A stretch of 64,000 nt of DNA from Roseibacillus sp. Lineage in GTDB: Bacteria; Verrucomicrobiota; Verrucomicrobiia; Verrucomicrobiales; Akkermansiaceae. The translations under genes and the position numbers were made by a program. Where the stretch lies: NCBI GenBank assembly GCA_965242925.1, contig CBDEUM010000013.1, positions 1-64,000 of the forward strand, written 5' to 3'. The notes below the pieces were generated by a model. That model searched no databases. It was not told the origin of the DNA and saw only the letters and a program-made list of their open reading frames with translations. Below, in pieces: positions 49,120 through 59,035 of the stretch. Each line of letters opens with the position of its first letter. Position 1 is the stretch's first letter.

Positions 49120-51678
49120 TCACTTTCCTATCCGCGCCCGGTCCCGGTCCTGTTTTTTCTTCGGTTCCGGCGTGAACGTACCCGTACCCGGCGAAAAATC
49201 CCACGGCTGGATGTCCTCTCCCAACCGATCAAGGAAAGCCCCCGCGGAAAACGCCAGGTAGAAAGGCCCATCACCTTTCTTGTTCCGGTTCCGGATGTAA
49301 AGATCCTTCATGGAGGGCAGGGCCGCCCTGGCCTCCTTGCCCAGTAACTCGATCGCCCGGCAGGCCCGCAGAGCCACCCACCAGTCGTCGTGGTCGAGTT
49401 CCTTCACCAGCCCGGCGAGGGCCATCTCCCGGTGCTTGCCCTCCTGAGCCAGCCAATCCGCAGTTTCCAGTCTGACCGCTGCAGAAATGTCGTCCAGGTA
49501 GCCCACCACGCGATCCCTGTCCTGGTAGTCTGCCACCCGCAGGGCGAGGACAGCCCAGTAACGCTCACTCGGATCAGCGGACTTCAGCAGCTTGAGCGCG
49601 GTCGGCACCTCCGCCCGACCGACCAGGTCCGCGGCACTCCACGCCTCCTCCAGGTTCGGTTGGTGGTCGCTCTTCCCAAGAAGGATATCGCGTAGAGCCT
49701 TGTCCTCATTCCTGACCCATTTCCACATCTCGCTTTCCGGTATCGCTCCGGGATCCCGCAGGAGCCTACGCTTGATCCGGTAAATCCGGCGGTGCTCCAC
49801 GAGGGCCGCTTGCTGCTTGCCGGTCATCTCCGTCTCCAGCAGGTTGACCAGGTTGTGAGGATCAACCTCACAGTCGTAGAAGGCCTCCACCGGCTTGCCT
49901 GGTCCCGCGTAATCCAGCTGCGCCTTGTCGAGCAATTGTGGCTTGTCCCTCGCGAGGCGGGTGATCTCCTGCCGGGTCCGCCCCAGATCGGAAAAGACGC
50001 TGGGCTGGTTGTGGCTCAGATGCGGATGGTAGTTCCGGATGTAGAGGTATTTCTCACTGCGGAGCGAACGTGCACATTCGAAAACCTCGTCGACCCGGTC
50101 GCGACAGCCATAGACGTATTTGCGCTTCGGATCCCGCTCCCGTCCCAGAAAACTGTGTCCCTGCATGTAGTCCGGTTTCGCCAGTCCGGCCAGGTTCAGA
50201 ACCGTGCAGGGAAAGTCGACGAAACTCACCAGTTCATCATTGACCGTCCCCGGCAGGGAGGGCGCGAGATGCTGGTAGCGCCTCGGGAAGCGCGTCATGA
50301 GAGCTACGCGCATCCCCGAATCGTGCAGCATCCTTTTGCCCCTCGGCATTCCCGTGCCATGATCGGTATAAAAGAAAACGATGGTGTTGTCCGCCAGCCC
50401 GTCCTCCTCCAGCTCCCGCAGGAGGCGTCCGGTATTCCGGTCCATCACGGTCACGCAATCGTACATGCGCGCCCACTCCTTCCGGATCACGGGTGTATCC
50501 GGATAGTAGGGGGGCAGCGGAACCCTGGCCGGGTCGTGGATCTCCTCTCTGGTGAGCTTGGACTGCACTTCACGCACAAACACCTCGTGCGGCCACACCG
50601 TGGTACGGGATTGGTGGGTGCTCATGTCGTTGAACACTGCAAAGAACGGCTGGCCTTCCCTGCGCTGGTCGCTGCGCCAATGTGCCTGGCCGCTCGACTC
50701 GTGCCACGCTTCCGCAATCAGACGCTGCGCCGCTCCATTGTTGTAGTCGGTCTTCACGTTGTTGGTGGTGAAGTAACCGGCCTTCCGCAGATAGCCGGGA
50801 AAGGCCTTCACCCGGTCCGGAATCGGAAAGGCCGACCGCATCTGGTGCGCCCCCAGGCTGACCGTAGTCATGCCTGTAATGAGACAGGCCCGTGAGGGAG
50901 AGCAGACCGGCGCCGCCGCAAAGGCCCGGGTGTAGCGTACGCTCTCGGTTGCAAACTTGTCCAGGTTTGGAGTAGTGGCGAACTCATCACCGTAACATCC
51001 GAAATAGGGGCTCATGTCCTCGGCGGTAATCCAGAGGATATTGGGATGAAGCCGGCGCGCCCGGATGTTACGAAAACGGACCGTTCCCCCTTTGCCGTGA
51101 TGCTGGATGCCGAAGTAGCCCGCAAGCTGCCGTTTCTCGTGCAAGTCCGCGACCAGCGTCCCATTGAGGTAGGTCCGCACCAGCGACCCCTGCGCCACGA
51201 TCCGGAAATGGTTCCAGTCCTTTACCTTGAGCAGTCCCTCCACCCGCTTCTGGTAATCCTTGTTCTGCGCCCTGCCCGGATAGAGCCATCCCCCCAGTCC
51301 GATTCCGTAGATCGCGGCCGGTTTCTGCAGGTCAATCTCACACTGGTAGCCCCTGGGCTTGCCCTGTTCTCCCGTGCAGCGATAGGCAAATCCGGAATTG
51401 AAGTTCACCTTGCTCGCATCCTCAGGCAGCAGCACCTCCAGCTCCGCCTCGAAATCCCCCATCGAAATCTCAGTGGTCACCCAGCAATTCGTCCTGGAAT
51501 GAAGTTCGAGCACGCCATCCCTTGCTTCGAAGCGCACAACCTGGCTGCGAGGCGTCCACCCCTTCGTGCTCTTTCCGTCAAAGAGATCCACCCACTCCGT
51601 CGCTCCAGCCGGCATGATCACAAGCAACAGCAACCTTGAGACAAACAACTGCGAAAACAGGCGAAGGATGATCTGCAT
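49120..51678 (-). CDS. DUF1080 (3-keto-disaccharide hydrolase-like) - sulfatase - HEAT-repeat fusion
   Basis: LFDGK...NSG...GYQCEI...WNHFRI...GIQHH...FRNIR, then PNILWITAED, CSPSRA, TDHG, and a helical HEAT-like tail. Confidence 0.88.
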   Translation of the reverse strand: MQIILRLFSQLFVSRLLLLVIMPAGATEWVDLFDGKSTKGWTPRSQVVRFEARDGVLELHSRTNCWVTTEISMGDFEAELEVLLPEDASKVNFNSGFAYRCTGEQGKPRGYQCEIDLQKPAAIYGIGLGGWLYPGRAQNKDYQKRVEGLLKVKDWNHFRIVAQGSLVRTYLNGTLVADLHEKRQLAGYFGIQHHGKGGTVRFRNIRARRLHPNILWITAEDMSPYFGCYGDEFATTPNLDKFATESVRYTRAFAAAPVCSPSRACLITGMTTVSLGAHQMRSAFPIPDRVKAFPGYLRKAGYFTTNNVKTDYNNGAAQRLIAEAWHESSGQAHWRSDQRREGQPFFAVFNDMSTHQSRTTVWPHEVFVREVQSKLTREEIHDPARVPLPPYYPDTPVIRKEWARMYDCVTVMDRNTGRLLRELEEDGLADNTIVFFYTDHGTGMPRGKRMLHDSGMRVALMTRFPRRYQHLAPSLPGTVNDELVSFVDFPCTVLNLAGLAKPDYMQGHSFLGRERDPKRKYVYGCRDRVDEVFECARSLRSEKYLYIRNYHPHLSHNQPSVFSDLGRTRQEITRLARDKPQLLDKAQLDYAGPGKPVEAFYDCEVDPHNLVNLLETEMTGKQQAALVEHRRIYRIKRRLLRDPGAIPESEMWKWVRNEDKALRDILLGKSDHQPNLEEAWSAADLVGRAEVPTALKLLKSADPSERYWAVLALRVADYQDRDRVVGYLDDISAAVRLETADWLAQEGKHREMALAGLVKELDHDDWWVALRACRAIELLGKEARAALPSMKDLYIRNRNKKGDGPFYLAFSAGAFLDRLGEDIQPWDFSPGTGTFTPEPKKKQDRDRARIGK

Positions 51679-51785
51679 GAGTCCGGTCTAGAACTTCCCG
51701 TGCGGAGAGAAAAGGTAATCTCTGCAAAATCGCCTCGCCAGCAGGCGTAGAGCTTTGGCAGCTTCCGACTGCGATCCCGTCTGCC

Positions 51786-54700
51786 ATGAAATTCATCCTC
51801 TTCCTTGCTCTCCTTGCCTTCTGCCTGCAGCCTCTCGCAGCTCAAAAACGCAAAAAACAAGCTTCCAGGGGAGGGCCGGAGAAGTCCCCTGAGCTGGCCC
51901 GGCACTACATCAATCTCAAGACCTCACCCCGCGCTCCACAGGCAGAACCGGTCACCACCTCCCTGCCCCTGGAACTTCAACCGAAGGACCAGATCGCCTT
52001 CATCGGCAGCGGCCTCCTCGATAATGCCCGTCACTACGGTTATTTCGAAACGCTCCTTCACCAACGCTTTCCCGATCACCAGCTCGGCATCCGGAACTTT
52101 TCCTGGCCTGCTGACGAGGTCGACCTCCAGCCTCGCCCTGCCAATTTCGGCGACCTTGACCAGCATCTCACCTACTACCATACCGATGTAATCATTGCAG
52201 CCTTCGGCTACAACGAATCCTTTGCGGGTCAGGCCGGCCTTCCCGCTTTCCGTGCGCGCTTCGACGCTTTCCTCTCCCAGCTCAAATCTCGGTCCTACAA
52301 CGGCAAGAGCGCTCCGCGGATCGTGGTAATCTCTCCCGTTGCCAACGAGAACATCGAGGGTGTTCCAGCTGCCGATCGCAACAATGAAAACCTGAAGCTC
52401 TATGGCCAGGCCATCGAGAAGGGCGCCACCAGCCACAAGGTTGCCTTTGCCAATGTCTACGCCGCCACCGCCACCGCCATGGCGGAGAAAGGACACGATC
52501 TCACCGACAACGGCACGCAACTGAACGGAGCGGGACAGCAGGTCTTCGCCAGCACGCTCTATCGCCAGCTCTTCGGTGAGACCGCCCCGCCCGTAAACGA
52601 AAAAGCACGCGCCCTTGTGGTGGACAAGTCCTTCCAGTTCTTCCACCGCTACCGCCCTCTCAACACCTTCTATTACACCGGAGGCCGCAACAAGAACTAC
52701 GGCTATCTCGACTTCCTCCCTGCCATGAGAAATTTCGATCTCATGGTGGTCAACCGGAACAAGGCCATCTGGGCCACCGCACAGGGGCGGGAGGGCACCG
52801 CAGACGATTCCAACCTGCCTCCACTCGAGGAAACCGCACAGGGACGTGGCGCCAACAAGTGGCTCTCACCAGAGGAGGAACTCGCGGCCTTCCAGGTCGA
52901 TGAACGCTTCGAGGTCAACTGCTTTGCATCCGAGGAGGACTTCCCCGACATGGCCTGTCCCATCCAGATGCGCTGGGATGCCCGCGGTCGACTCTGGGTC
53001 TCCTGCTCGACCACCTACCCACACCTCTATCCCGGACGCGAACCCAGCGACAAGATCATCATCCTGGAAGATACCAACTGGGACGGAAAGGCCGACAAAT
53101 CGACCGTTTTTGCAGACAACCTGGAAGTGCCTCTCTCCTTTGTCCTCGGCAAGGGAGGAGTCTACCTCTCGGAGGAACCGCACCTCATCTTCCTCGCGGA
53201 CACCGACGGAGACGACAAGGCCGATCATCGCGAGATCGTCCTGACTGGCTTCGGGTGTGAGGATTCGCACCACGCCTTGCACGATTTCGTGTGGACACCC
53301 GATGGCGATCTCCTTTTCCGCGAGTCCATTTTCCACAATTCCCAGGTTGAAACCCCCTACGGTCCGGTCCGCGCCAAGAACAGCTCGTGGTTCCGCTTTC
53401 ATCCCGGTTCGCAGCGGCTCACAGCATTCGGCGGCTATCCCAACACCAACCCGTGGGGCGTGACCTTCGACGACTGGGGGCAGCACGTGGCCAGCCATCC
53501 CGTCTTTGCCAGCGCCTTCCACGCCACCAATGCTCCCTACCCGACCCAGCACCCGAGAGCCAACGGGATTCCGGCCTACTCCGGCGTATGCGGTCACGAA
53601 TTTGTTGACTTCGCTTCGTGGCCGGACGACCTGCAGGGGGGCTTTGTAAAAGTCCGTTACAAGCCCACCAACCGGGTCGAGTTCCACAAGTGGGTTGAAC
53701 ACGACGACCACTTTCGCGAGGAGTTTCAGTTCAATCTCATCTTCTCCACCAACCTCTCCTTCATCCCGGTCGATCTCCGCTACGGGCCACGTGGCGCGAT
53801 GTATGTCTGCGACTGGTACAATCCGGTGAAAGGGCATGCTCAGTACTCGCTTCGCGATCCGCGCCGCGACCGCAAGTCCGGGCGCATCTGGCGCATCGTC
53901 CCCAAGGGTGCCCGGTTGCAGGATCCTCCCGGGATCACCGGTGCCTCAATCTCCGCTCTCCTCGACCTGCTCAAAAGTAGGGAGTACCGCTACCGCTACT
54001 GGGCCAAGCGAGAACTGCGCGACCGAAACCCCACCGAGGTGCGTAACGCCCTCGACGCCTGGGTTCCCATCCTCGATTCCAAGGACCAACGCTTCCGGCA
54101 CCATCAGCTTGAAGCCCTCTGGACCTATCGAGGGGTCGGTGCCTCCAATCCGGACCTGCTGAAAGAACTGCTCTCCTGTGGGACACATCACGCACGCGCC
54201 GCCGCCACCCGCCAGCTACGCTACGCTGACTGTGGTCTGAGCAAAAGGGACCGTGGAACGCTCCTTCTCCAGAGTGCCAACGACAAAAGCGCTCTCGTTC
54301 GTCTGGAGGCCGTCACCGCCTCCACCTACCTGGCCACCCCGGCAGCCTTCCAGGCCCTCCTCTCCACCTTGGACCATCCGCGTGAGGCGCATCTCAGCTA
54401 CGCCATCCGGACCGCCTTTGGTGCGAAGTCCATTCTCCCGTTCTGGACGGAAAAGATCCCTCCCGCCGTGGCGAAGTTCATGGCGACTTTCGACCGAAGC
54501 TCCAAAACAAAAGCGGGCACAACTCCCGGCAACGCCCGGGAGGCAGCCTTCGATTCACAGAACAACCTGGCAGAAGTGAAAATTGGCTGCATTCCCGAAC
54601 GGCTCCTCTTCACCCGGGACAGGTTCGAAGTAAAGGCAGGGCAACCCGTCAAACTGATCTTCACCAATCCCGATGCCACCCAGCACAATCTCCTCATCCT

Positions 54701-54944
54701 TAAACACAACACATCCATCGAGACGATTGGCATCGCCGCCAATGAAATGGCCAAGAGCCCGGAAGGCGTGAAGAAGCACTTCATTCCCGACGACAAGCGC
54801 ATCCTGCACGCCACCAGGCTCCTCAAACCCCACTCCTCGGAAACATTGCGCTTTCTTGCCCCCGAAAAACCGGGCATCTATCCCTTCCTCTGCACCTTCC
54901 CCGGGCACTGGGTCCTGATGAAGGGTGAAATGATCGTCAAATAA
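51786..54944 (+). CDS. PVC-type SGNH-like / beta-propeller dehydrogenase-like / HEAT / cupredoxin (azurin-like) multidomain protein
   Basis: FGYNES SGNH-like block; FASE...WDARGRLWV...LEDTNWDGKADK propeller; HEAT repeats; type-1 Cu ligands HN...CTFPGHWVLM. Confidence 0.82.
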   Translation: MKFILFLALLAFCLQPLAAQKRKKQASRGGPEKSPELARHYINLKTSPRAPQAEPVTTSLPLELQPKDQIAFIGSGLLDNARHYGYFETLLHQRFPDHQLGIRNFSWPADEVDLQPRPANFGDLDQHLTYYHTDVIIAAFGYNESFAGQAGLPAFRARFDAFLSQLKSRSYNGKSAPRIVVISPVANENIEGVPAADRNNENLKLYGQAIEKGATSHKVAFANVYAATATAMAEKGHDLTDNGTQLNGAGQQVFASTLYRQLFGETAPPVNEKARALVVDKSFQFFHRYRPLNTFYYTGGRNKNYGYLDFLPAMRNFDLMVVNRNKAIWATAQGREGTADDSNLPPLEETAQGRGANKWLSPEEELAAFQVDERFEVNCFASEEDFPDMACPIQMRWDARGRLWVSCSTTYPHLYPGREPSDKIIILEDTNWDGKADKSTVFADNLEVPLSFVLGKGGVYLSEEPHLIFLADTDGDDKADHREIVLTGFGCEDSHHALHDFVWTPDGDLLFRESIFHNSQVETPYGPVRAKNSSWFRFHPGSQRLTAFGGYPNTNPWGVTFDDWGQHVASHPVFASAFHATNAPYPTQHPRANGIPAYSGVCGHEFVDFASWPDDLQGGFVKVRYKPTNRVEFHKWVEHDDHFREEFQFNLIFSTNLSFIPVDLRYGPRGAMYVCDWYNPVKGHAQYSLRDPRRDRKSGRIWRIVPKGARLQDPPGITGASISALLDLLKSREYRYRYWAKRELRDRNPTEVRNALDAWVPILDSKDQRFRHHQLEALWTYRGVGASNPDLLKELLSCGTHHARAAATRQLRYADCGLSKRDRGTLLLQSANDKSALVRLEAVTASTYLATPAAFQALLSTLDHPREAHLSYAIRTAFGAKSILPFWTEKIPPAVAKFMATFDRSSKTKAGTTPGNAREAAFDSQNNLAEVKIGCIPERLLFTRDRFEVKAGQPVKLIFTNPDATQHNLLILKHNTSIETIGIAANEMAKSPEGVKKHFIPDDKRILHATRLLKPHSSETLRFLAPEKPGIYPFLCTFPGHWVLMKGEMIVK

Positions 54945-54962
54945 ACCCGCCCCTTCATCCTC

Positions 54963-56513
54963 ATGAAAACCCTGGTTTTCCTCATCGTTGCCTGCTTCCC
55001 GTTCCTTGCTCCTGCCCTGACGGACAAACCCAACTTCGTCTTCATCCTGGCCGACGACATGGGCTATGGCGATATCTCCCACGCAGGTGGCAAAATTCCC
55101 ACGCCCAATCTGGACCGGCTGCGGGCGGAAGGAATGCGCTTCACCGACGCCCACACGACGTCCTCGGTCTGCACCCCCACCCGCTACGGCATTCTCACCG
55201 GCCGCTACAACTGGCGCTCTCCGCTCAAGAAAAGTGTCCTCTTCCCGCCCAAGCCCTCGATCATGGATCCCGAACGTCCCACTGTGGCCAGCTTTCTCAA
55301 GGAACGTGGCTATCGCACCTGTGTGGTAGGTAAATGGCACCTTGGGCTGAACTGGCACATGCTGGACCAGCCCGCCAAGGCCGCCAATGGCCCAACCAGG
55401 GGCACCTGCTGGAACATCGACTTCTCCAGGCCCCCACAGCAGGGACCGCTCAAGTTGGGCTTCACCGACGACTTTCTCTTTCCCGCTTCCCTCGACATGG
55501 CCCCCTATCTCTACCTCCGGAACGACCGGGCGGTGGGAATTCCCACCGTGAGCAAGGGCTGGAAGCGACAGGGACCTGCCACCGCTGACTTTGAAGCGAA
55601 AAACTGCCTCACCGACTTCGCTCGCGAATCACGAACCTTCATCAAGTCCGCGCTACAGGGCAAGTCCCCGTTCCTCCTCTATCTTCCCCTCACCAGCCCA
55701 CACACCCCCATCGTTCCCTCCAGTCAGTGGCAGGGGAAATCTCCCCTCGGCAAGTATGGCGACTTTGTGATGGAGACCGACTGGGTGGTGGGCGAGGTCA
55801 TGAAGGAACTGGCTGACCAACAGGTCGCCAGGAACACCATTTTCCTCTTCACCACCGACAACGGCTGTTCGCCCGCTGCTGACATCCCGAAACTTGTCTC
55901 TCATGGGCATAAGCCCAACGCCGACTGGCGGGGGCACAAGGCCGACATCTACGAAGGGGGCCACCGGGTTCCCTTCCTTGTCCGCTGGCCCGAGCGGGTG
56001 AAGCCCAACAGCTCCTGCAATCTCACAGTCTGCACCACGGACTTCTTCGCCACGGTGGCCGACATCCTCGGTGTGCGCGGACGCCAATTTCCTCAGAATG
56101 CCGCCGAGGATTCCTTCTCCTTCCTCTCCGCGCTCGATCAGCCGGACCGCAGCACTCCCCTCCGCCCCTACACCATCCACCACTCCATCAACGGATCCTT
56201 CGCTATTCGCAAGGGACCCTGGAAGCTCTGCCTCTGTCCCGGTTCCGGAGGCTGGTCCTCACCCCGGCCCAACATTGCCCTCAAAGACAAGTCGCTCCCG
56301 CCCATCCAACTCTTCAATCTCGATACCGACCCTGCTGAAAAAACAAACCTGCAGGCCGGACAGCCTGACATTGTCCGCGACCTCGTCGACGATCTTTACC
56401 ACGCCATCCGGCACGGGCGGTCCAACTCCGGCCTGGTTGCCGGAAATGAGGGATGGCCCGGCACCTTCCCATCCCCCGTACTCAAACTCTTCCCTCAGTT
56501 CGCTGGCAAGTGA
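54963..56513 (+). CDS. Arylsulfatase-family sulfatase (Cys-type)
   Basis: PNFVFILADDMG, CTPTRYGILTG, GKWHLG, TDNG, YEGGHRVP. Confidence 0.93.
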   Translation: MKTLVFLIVACFPFLAPALTDKPNFVFILADDMGYGDISHAGGKIPTPNLDRLRAEGMRFTDAHTTSSVCTPTRYGILTGRYNWRSPLKKSVLFPPKPSIMDPERPTVASFLKERGYRTCVVGKWHLGLNWHMLDQPAKAANGPTRGTCWNIDFSRPPQQGPLKLGFTDDFLFPASLDMAPYLYLRNDRAVGIPTVSKGWKRQGPATADFEAKNCLTDFARESRTFIKSALQGKSPFLLYLPLTSPHTPIVPSSQWQGKSPLGKYGDFVMETDWVVGEVMKELADQQVARNTIFLFTTDNGCSPAADIPKLVSHGHKPNADWRGHKADIYEGGHRVPFLVRWPERVKPNSSCNLTVCTTDFFATVADILGVRGRQFPQNAAEDSFSFLSALDQPDRSTPLRPYTIHHSINGSFAIRKGPWKLCLCPGSGGWSSPRPNIALKDKSLPPIQLFNLDTDPAEKTNLQAGQPDIVRDLVDDLYHAIRHGRSNSGLVAGNEGWPGTFPSPVLKLFPQFAGK

Positions 56514-56522
56514 TCCGACTCG

Positions 56523-57122
56523 CTAGGCAATGCGCTTTTCCACGAAGCGAAAGCGCTCGTCGTAGTCCCCCCGATTGTGCTTGAGACAGCAGGCGTAGCA
56601 GGCCGATGCCTTGTGCATCCGTCTCACCCGTTCGACCACCGCCCAGCACCCGGGACAGAAGTAGCGCCACTTGCGGCGCATTGCCCGCGCCGGAAGGGGC
56701 AGGCTGTGTCCAACCCGCTCCCCGGGAATTCCAAGGTCACAACAAGCCCGGCGCCATTCCGGCCCGTGTGGTTGGATTCGACGGTTCCCCGCCCGCTCAT
56801 AAGCCACCAGATGGGCGAGCTCATGCAGGAAAGTTCGCTCGGTTTCAATTTCGGAAATCTCCTGCAGGGCGGGATTCACCTCTACCACCGCGTCCGGCCA
56901 GGTGGCCCGGCCCGCCGTCGATCGCATTCGCGAATTCCACTGCACCGTCACCTTCTCCGCCAGGGTTGACAATCCCAACTGCCCACAGAGAACCCTCGCC
57001 CGCATCGTCATCTCCGTGTCGCCCCCGCTGCGCAGGCGCGGCTTCTTCACCTTGCGCCTCTCTCCCTCACTAAACGAAAACCGCAATTGCAGGACCGCTT
57101 GTTCCACTACCAGAGTATCCAC
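56523..57122 (-). CDS. SprT-like zinc metalloprotease
   Basis: WNSRMRSTAGRA, HELAH, HGPEW, C-terminal CxxC...CxxC zinc ribbon. Confidence 0.88.
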   Translation of the reverse strand: MDTLVVEQAVLQLRFSFSEGERRKVKKPRLRSGGDTEMTMRARVLCGQLGLSTLAEKVTVQWNSRMRSTAGRATWPDAVVEVNPALQEISEIETERTFLHELAHLVAYERAGNRRIQPHGPEWRRACCDLGIPGERVGHSLPLPARAMRRKWRYFCPGCWAVVERVRRMHKASACYACCLKHNRGDYDERFRFVEKRIA

Positions 57123-57235
57123 AAAAGAAGGCTGAAACTCAAGAACGGAGGCCCTCCGAAGGAAGTTTACCCATCAAGCAGGTAAGACAAGGGGTCCCAT
57201 TCGCCGAAGGGGGCCACGATCTCACCAGCCTTCAG

Positions 57236-57266
57236 ACAAAACAAGCCGGGGAATCCCCTGCTTGTT
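57236..57266 (-). terminator. Rho-independent terminator of the 57280-59893 operon
   Basis: Minus strand AACAAGC-A-GGGG-ATT-CCCC-G-GCTTGTT followed by TTGT, 13 nt after the stop codon. Confidence 0.65.
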
Positions 57267-57279
57267 CCTCAAACGATCA

Positions 57280-57927
57280 TCAACGCCGGGAGGGCGATTT
57301 CCAGTCCGCCGCCTTAACCGGCTTGAACACCTTGGGAGGTTTCTCCCCCTCCACCGGAAGGCGCACCGAGATGGGGCCACCCTGGCAGATCGCCACCACC
57401 AGCAGGCCGGCGCGCTTCAGCGACTCCAGGTACTCTTCCGACAATGGATTCTGCCCAGTGGCCTGTTCAAGCGTGACCGGAAGGAGCCGGATCCATGAAG
57501 CATTCTTCGCGTAGAAATCGCGCCAGCTCACCAACTTCCCCTTACGTTGGCCATTCACGCGGGTTTTGAACCGGCTCGGTGTATTCAATACCGAGCCTCG
57601 CGGAACGATTGTCCAGCTCGATGCTCCTGAAACAATCGTGGAACGCTTCACGAGACTCTCCCGGCTCTTCGCCGCCTTGGTGGACGCCTCGGAATCCTCT
57701 CGCAGGTTTCGCTGCTGCAAGTCGGAGAGCCTGACGGTTTGCCCCTTCAATTTAGGGTCCCGGGGCCGCTGAAGGCTGGCAAGCTGCTCATGGGTCATTC
57801 GGGGACGAACGTTCAGTGCCTTCCCCTTGCCTTTCCCGGGTTTCCCTCCGGGCGCAATCAGTTCTACCGCGCCTGGAGAACTCACTCCGATGGCGGTGAT
57901 CCAGATGAATAATCCGATTCTGTTCAT
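57280..57927 (-). CDS. Hypothetical secreted basic protein
   Basis: Signal-peptide-like N-terminus; WTIVPRGSVL..P and W..F...N..WI blocks; 18 bp downstream of the previous gene. Confidence 0.75.
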   Translation of the reverse strand: MNRIGLFIWITAIGVSSPGAVELIAPGGKPGKGKGKALNVRPRMTHEQLASLQRPRDPKLKGQTVRLSDLQQRNLREDSEASTKAAKSRESLVKRSTIVSGASSWTIVPRGSVLNTPSRFKTRVNGQRKGKLVSWRDFYAKNASWIRLLPVTLEQATGQNPLSEEYLESLKRAGLLVVAICQGGPISVRLPVEGEKPPKVFKPVKAADWKSPSRR

Positions 57928-57945
57928 ATTGAAAATGGGGAACGT

Positions 57946-58977
57946 CTACTCCTGATCGATCACGCCTCCATTGATTTCGATCGTCCGGTCCACGTTGATC
58001 TCTACTACATCCAGCAAATCAGTTCCGAATGGTGTCCGGTGGAGCAATTCAACAGTGTAAATGCCTTCCTCCGTGAAATAGCGGTCCATGCTCCTGACGG
58101 TCAGATCCCGGCTCTGGGGGATCGAGTCCTCCATGATCACAAAACTCGAGTTGATGGTCTTGGTTCCGTCCGGTCTCTCTTTCCGGGGACCAGGGTATAT
58201 CCGCATATAGGTGGTGCTGTCCGGATACAAGTTGACCAGGCTCACCGAAACCGGAGGCACCTGCTCGTAGTATCTGGAGGAATCCACCCCGCTGATTGTC
58301 CCAGTGGCGATAGGCCAGATCTGGACTTTCTCCGAATCGAGAATGGTTGCCGATACCCCAAAGTCCGCCTGGGCGGTGATTGTGAAGACTTCTTCTCCCT
58401 TCACCTGGGTCAGGTCGGGTCCGGTCAGGTTGGTCGCGGAGAAGGTGATCGTCGTATTTGCCGTTTCCTCCATGTAACCCTCCGTCACCACCGTCCCGAC
58501 CGGATTTTTCACCTCCTCGAAGCTGTATGCCCCATCGGGATATGCGAAGGTGTAATTGGTGTAATCCACCCACTTGGCAGCGTCTGGCGCAGTGGCATAG
58601 CTGGGATGGTTCTCGTCAAGTAACCCCGCTACCGAGATCTGCACCTGAAATGGTTGGTCCACCCGTGTCCTGGGGATCGCGAGATAAGGATCGCCGGTTA
58701 CAATGGTGATGGTCGCGTTGGGCGTATAAGCGGTCACATACTGCTCATCGAGCCGATATTCTGACACACTGCGATTGTGAATCGCCCAGAGTTCGAAGAA
58801 GGAGCCAGCCCCGCTCACCCCCGTTGGTGAAATCTTCATTCCGTTCGGAGCAACGCTCATGTCCCATTCGACACCGCTGTCCTGCTGGATCTGCCGGACA
58901 AAGTTGACATAATCGGCCGGATCCGCCGACACCACGCACGGCGCCGCTGCGGCCAGCAATAGTAATTGTTTCTTCAT
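57946..58977 (-). CDS. Hypothetical secreted beta-rich protein
   Basis: MKKQLLLLAAAAPCVVSA signal peptide; Thr/Val/Tyr-rich body suggestive of beta-sandwich folds. Confidence 0.8.
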   Translation of the reverse strand: MKKQLLLLAAAAPCVVSADPADYVNFVRQIQQDSGVEWDMSVAPNGMKISPTGVSGAGSFFELWAIHNRSVSEYRLDEQYVTAYTPNATITIVTGDPYLAIPRTRVDQPFQVQISVAGLLDENHPSYATAPDAAKWVDYTNYTFAYPDGAYSFEEVKNPVGTVVTEGYMEETANTTITFSATNLTGPDLTQVKGEEVFTITAQADFGVSATILDSEKVQIWPIATGTISGVDSSRYYEQVPPVSVSLVNLYPDSTTYMRIYPGPRKERPDGTKTINSSFVIMEDSIPQSRDLTVRSMDRYFTEEGIYTVELLHRTPFGTDLLDVVEINVDRTIEINGGVIDQE

Positions 58978-59035
58978 GATGAAATGTATGGATGCCGATT
59001 TCAGGAGGGTCATCAGGATTATGCCCAGGCGACTG

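Noticed and set aside
57138..57230. Glycine-riboswitch-like CCGAAGG pair
   Set aside because: Lacks the GGAGA and CTCTCAGG conserved blocks and faces a convergent gene. Kept only as an unassigned structured element.
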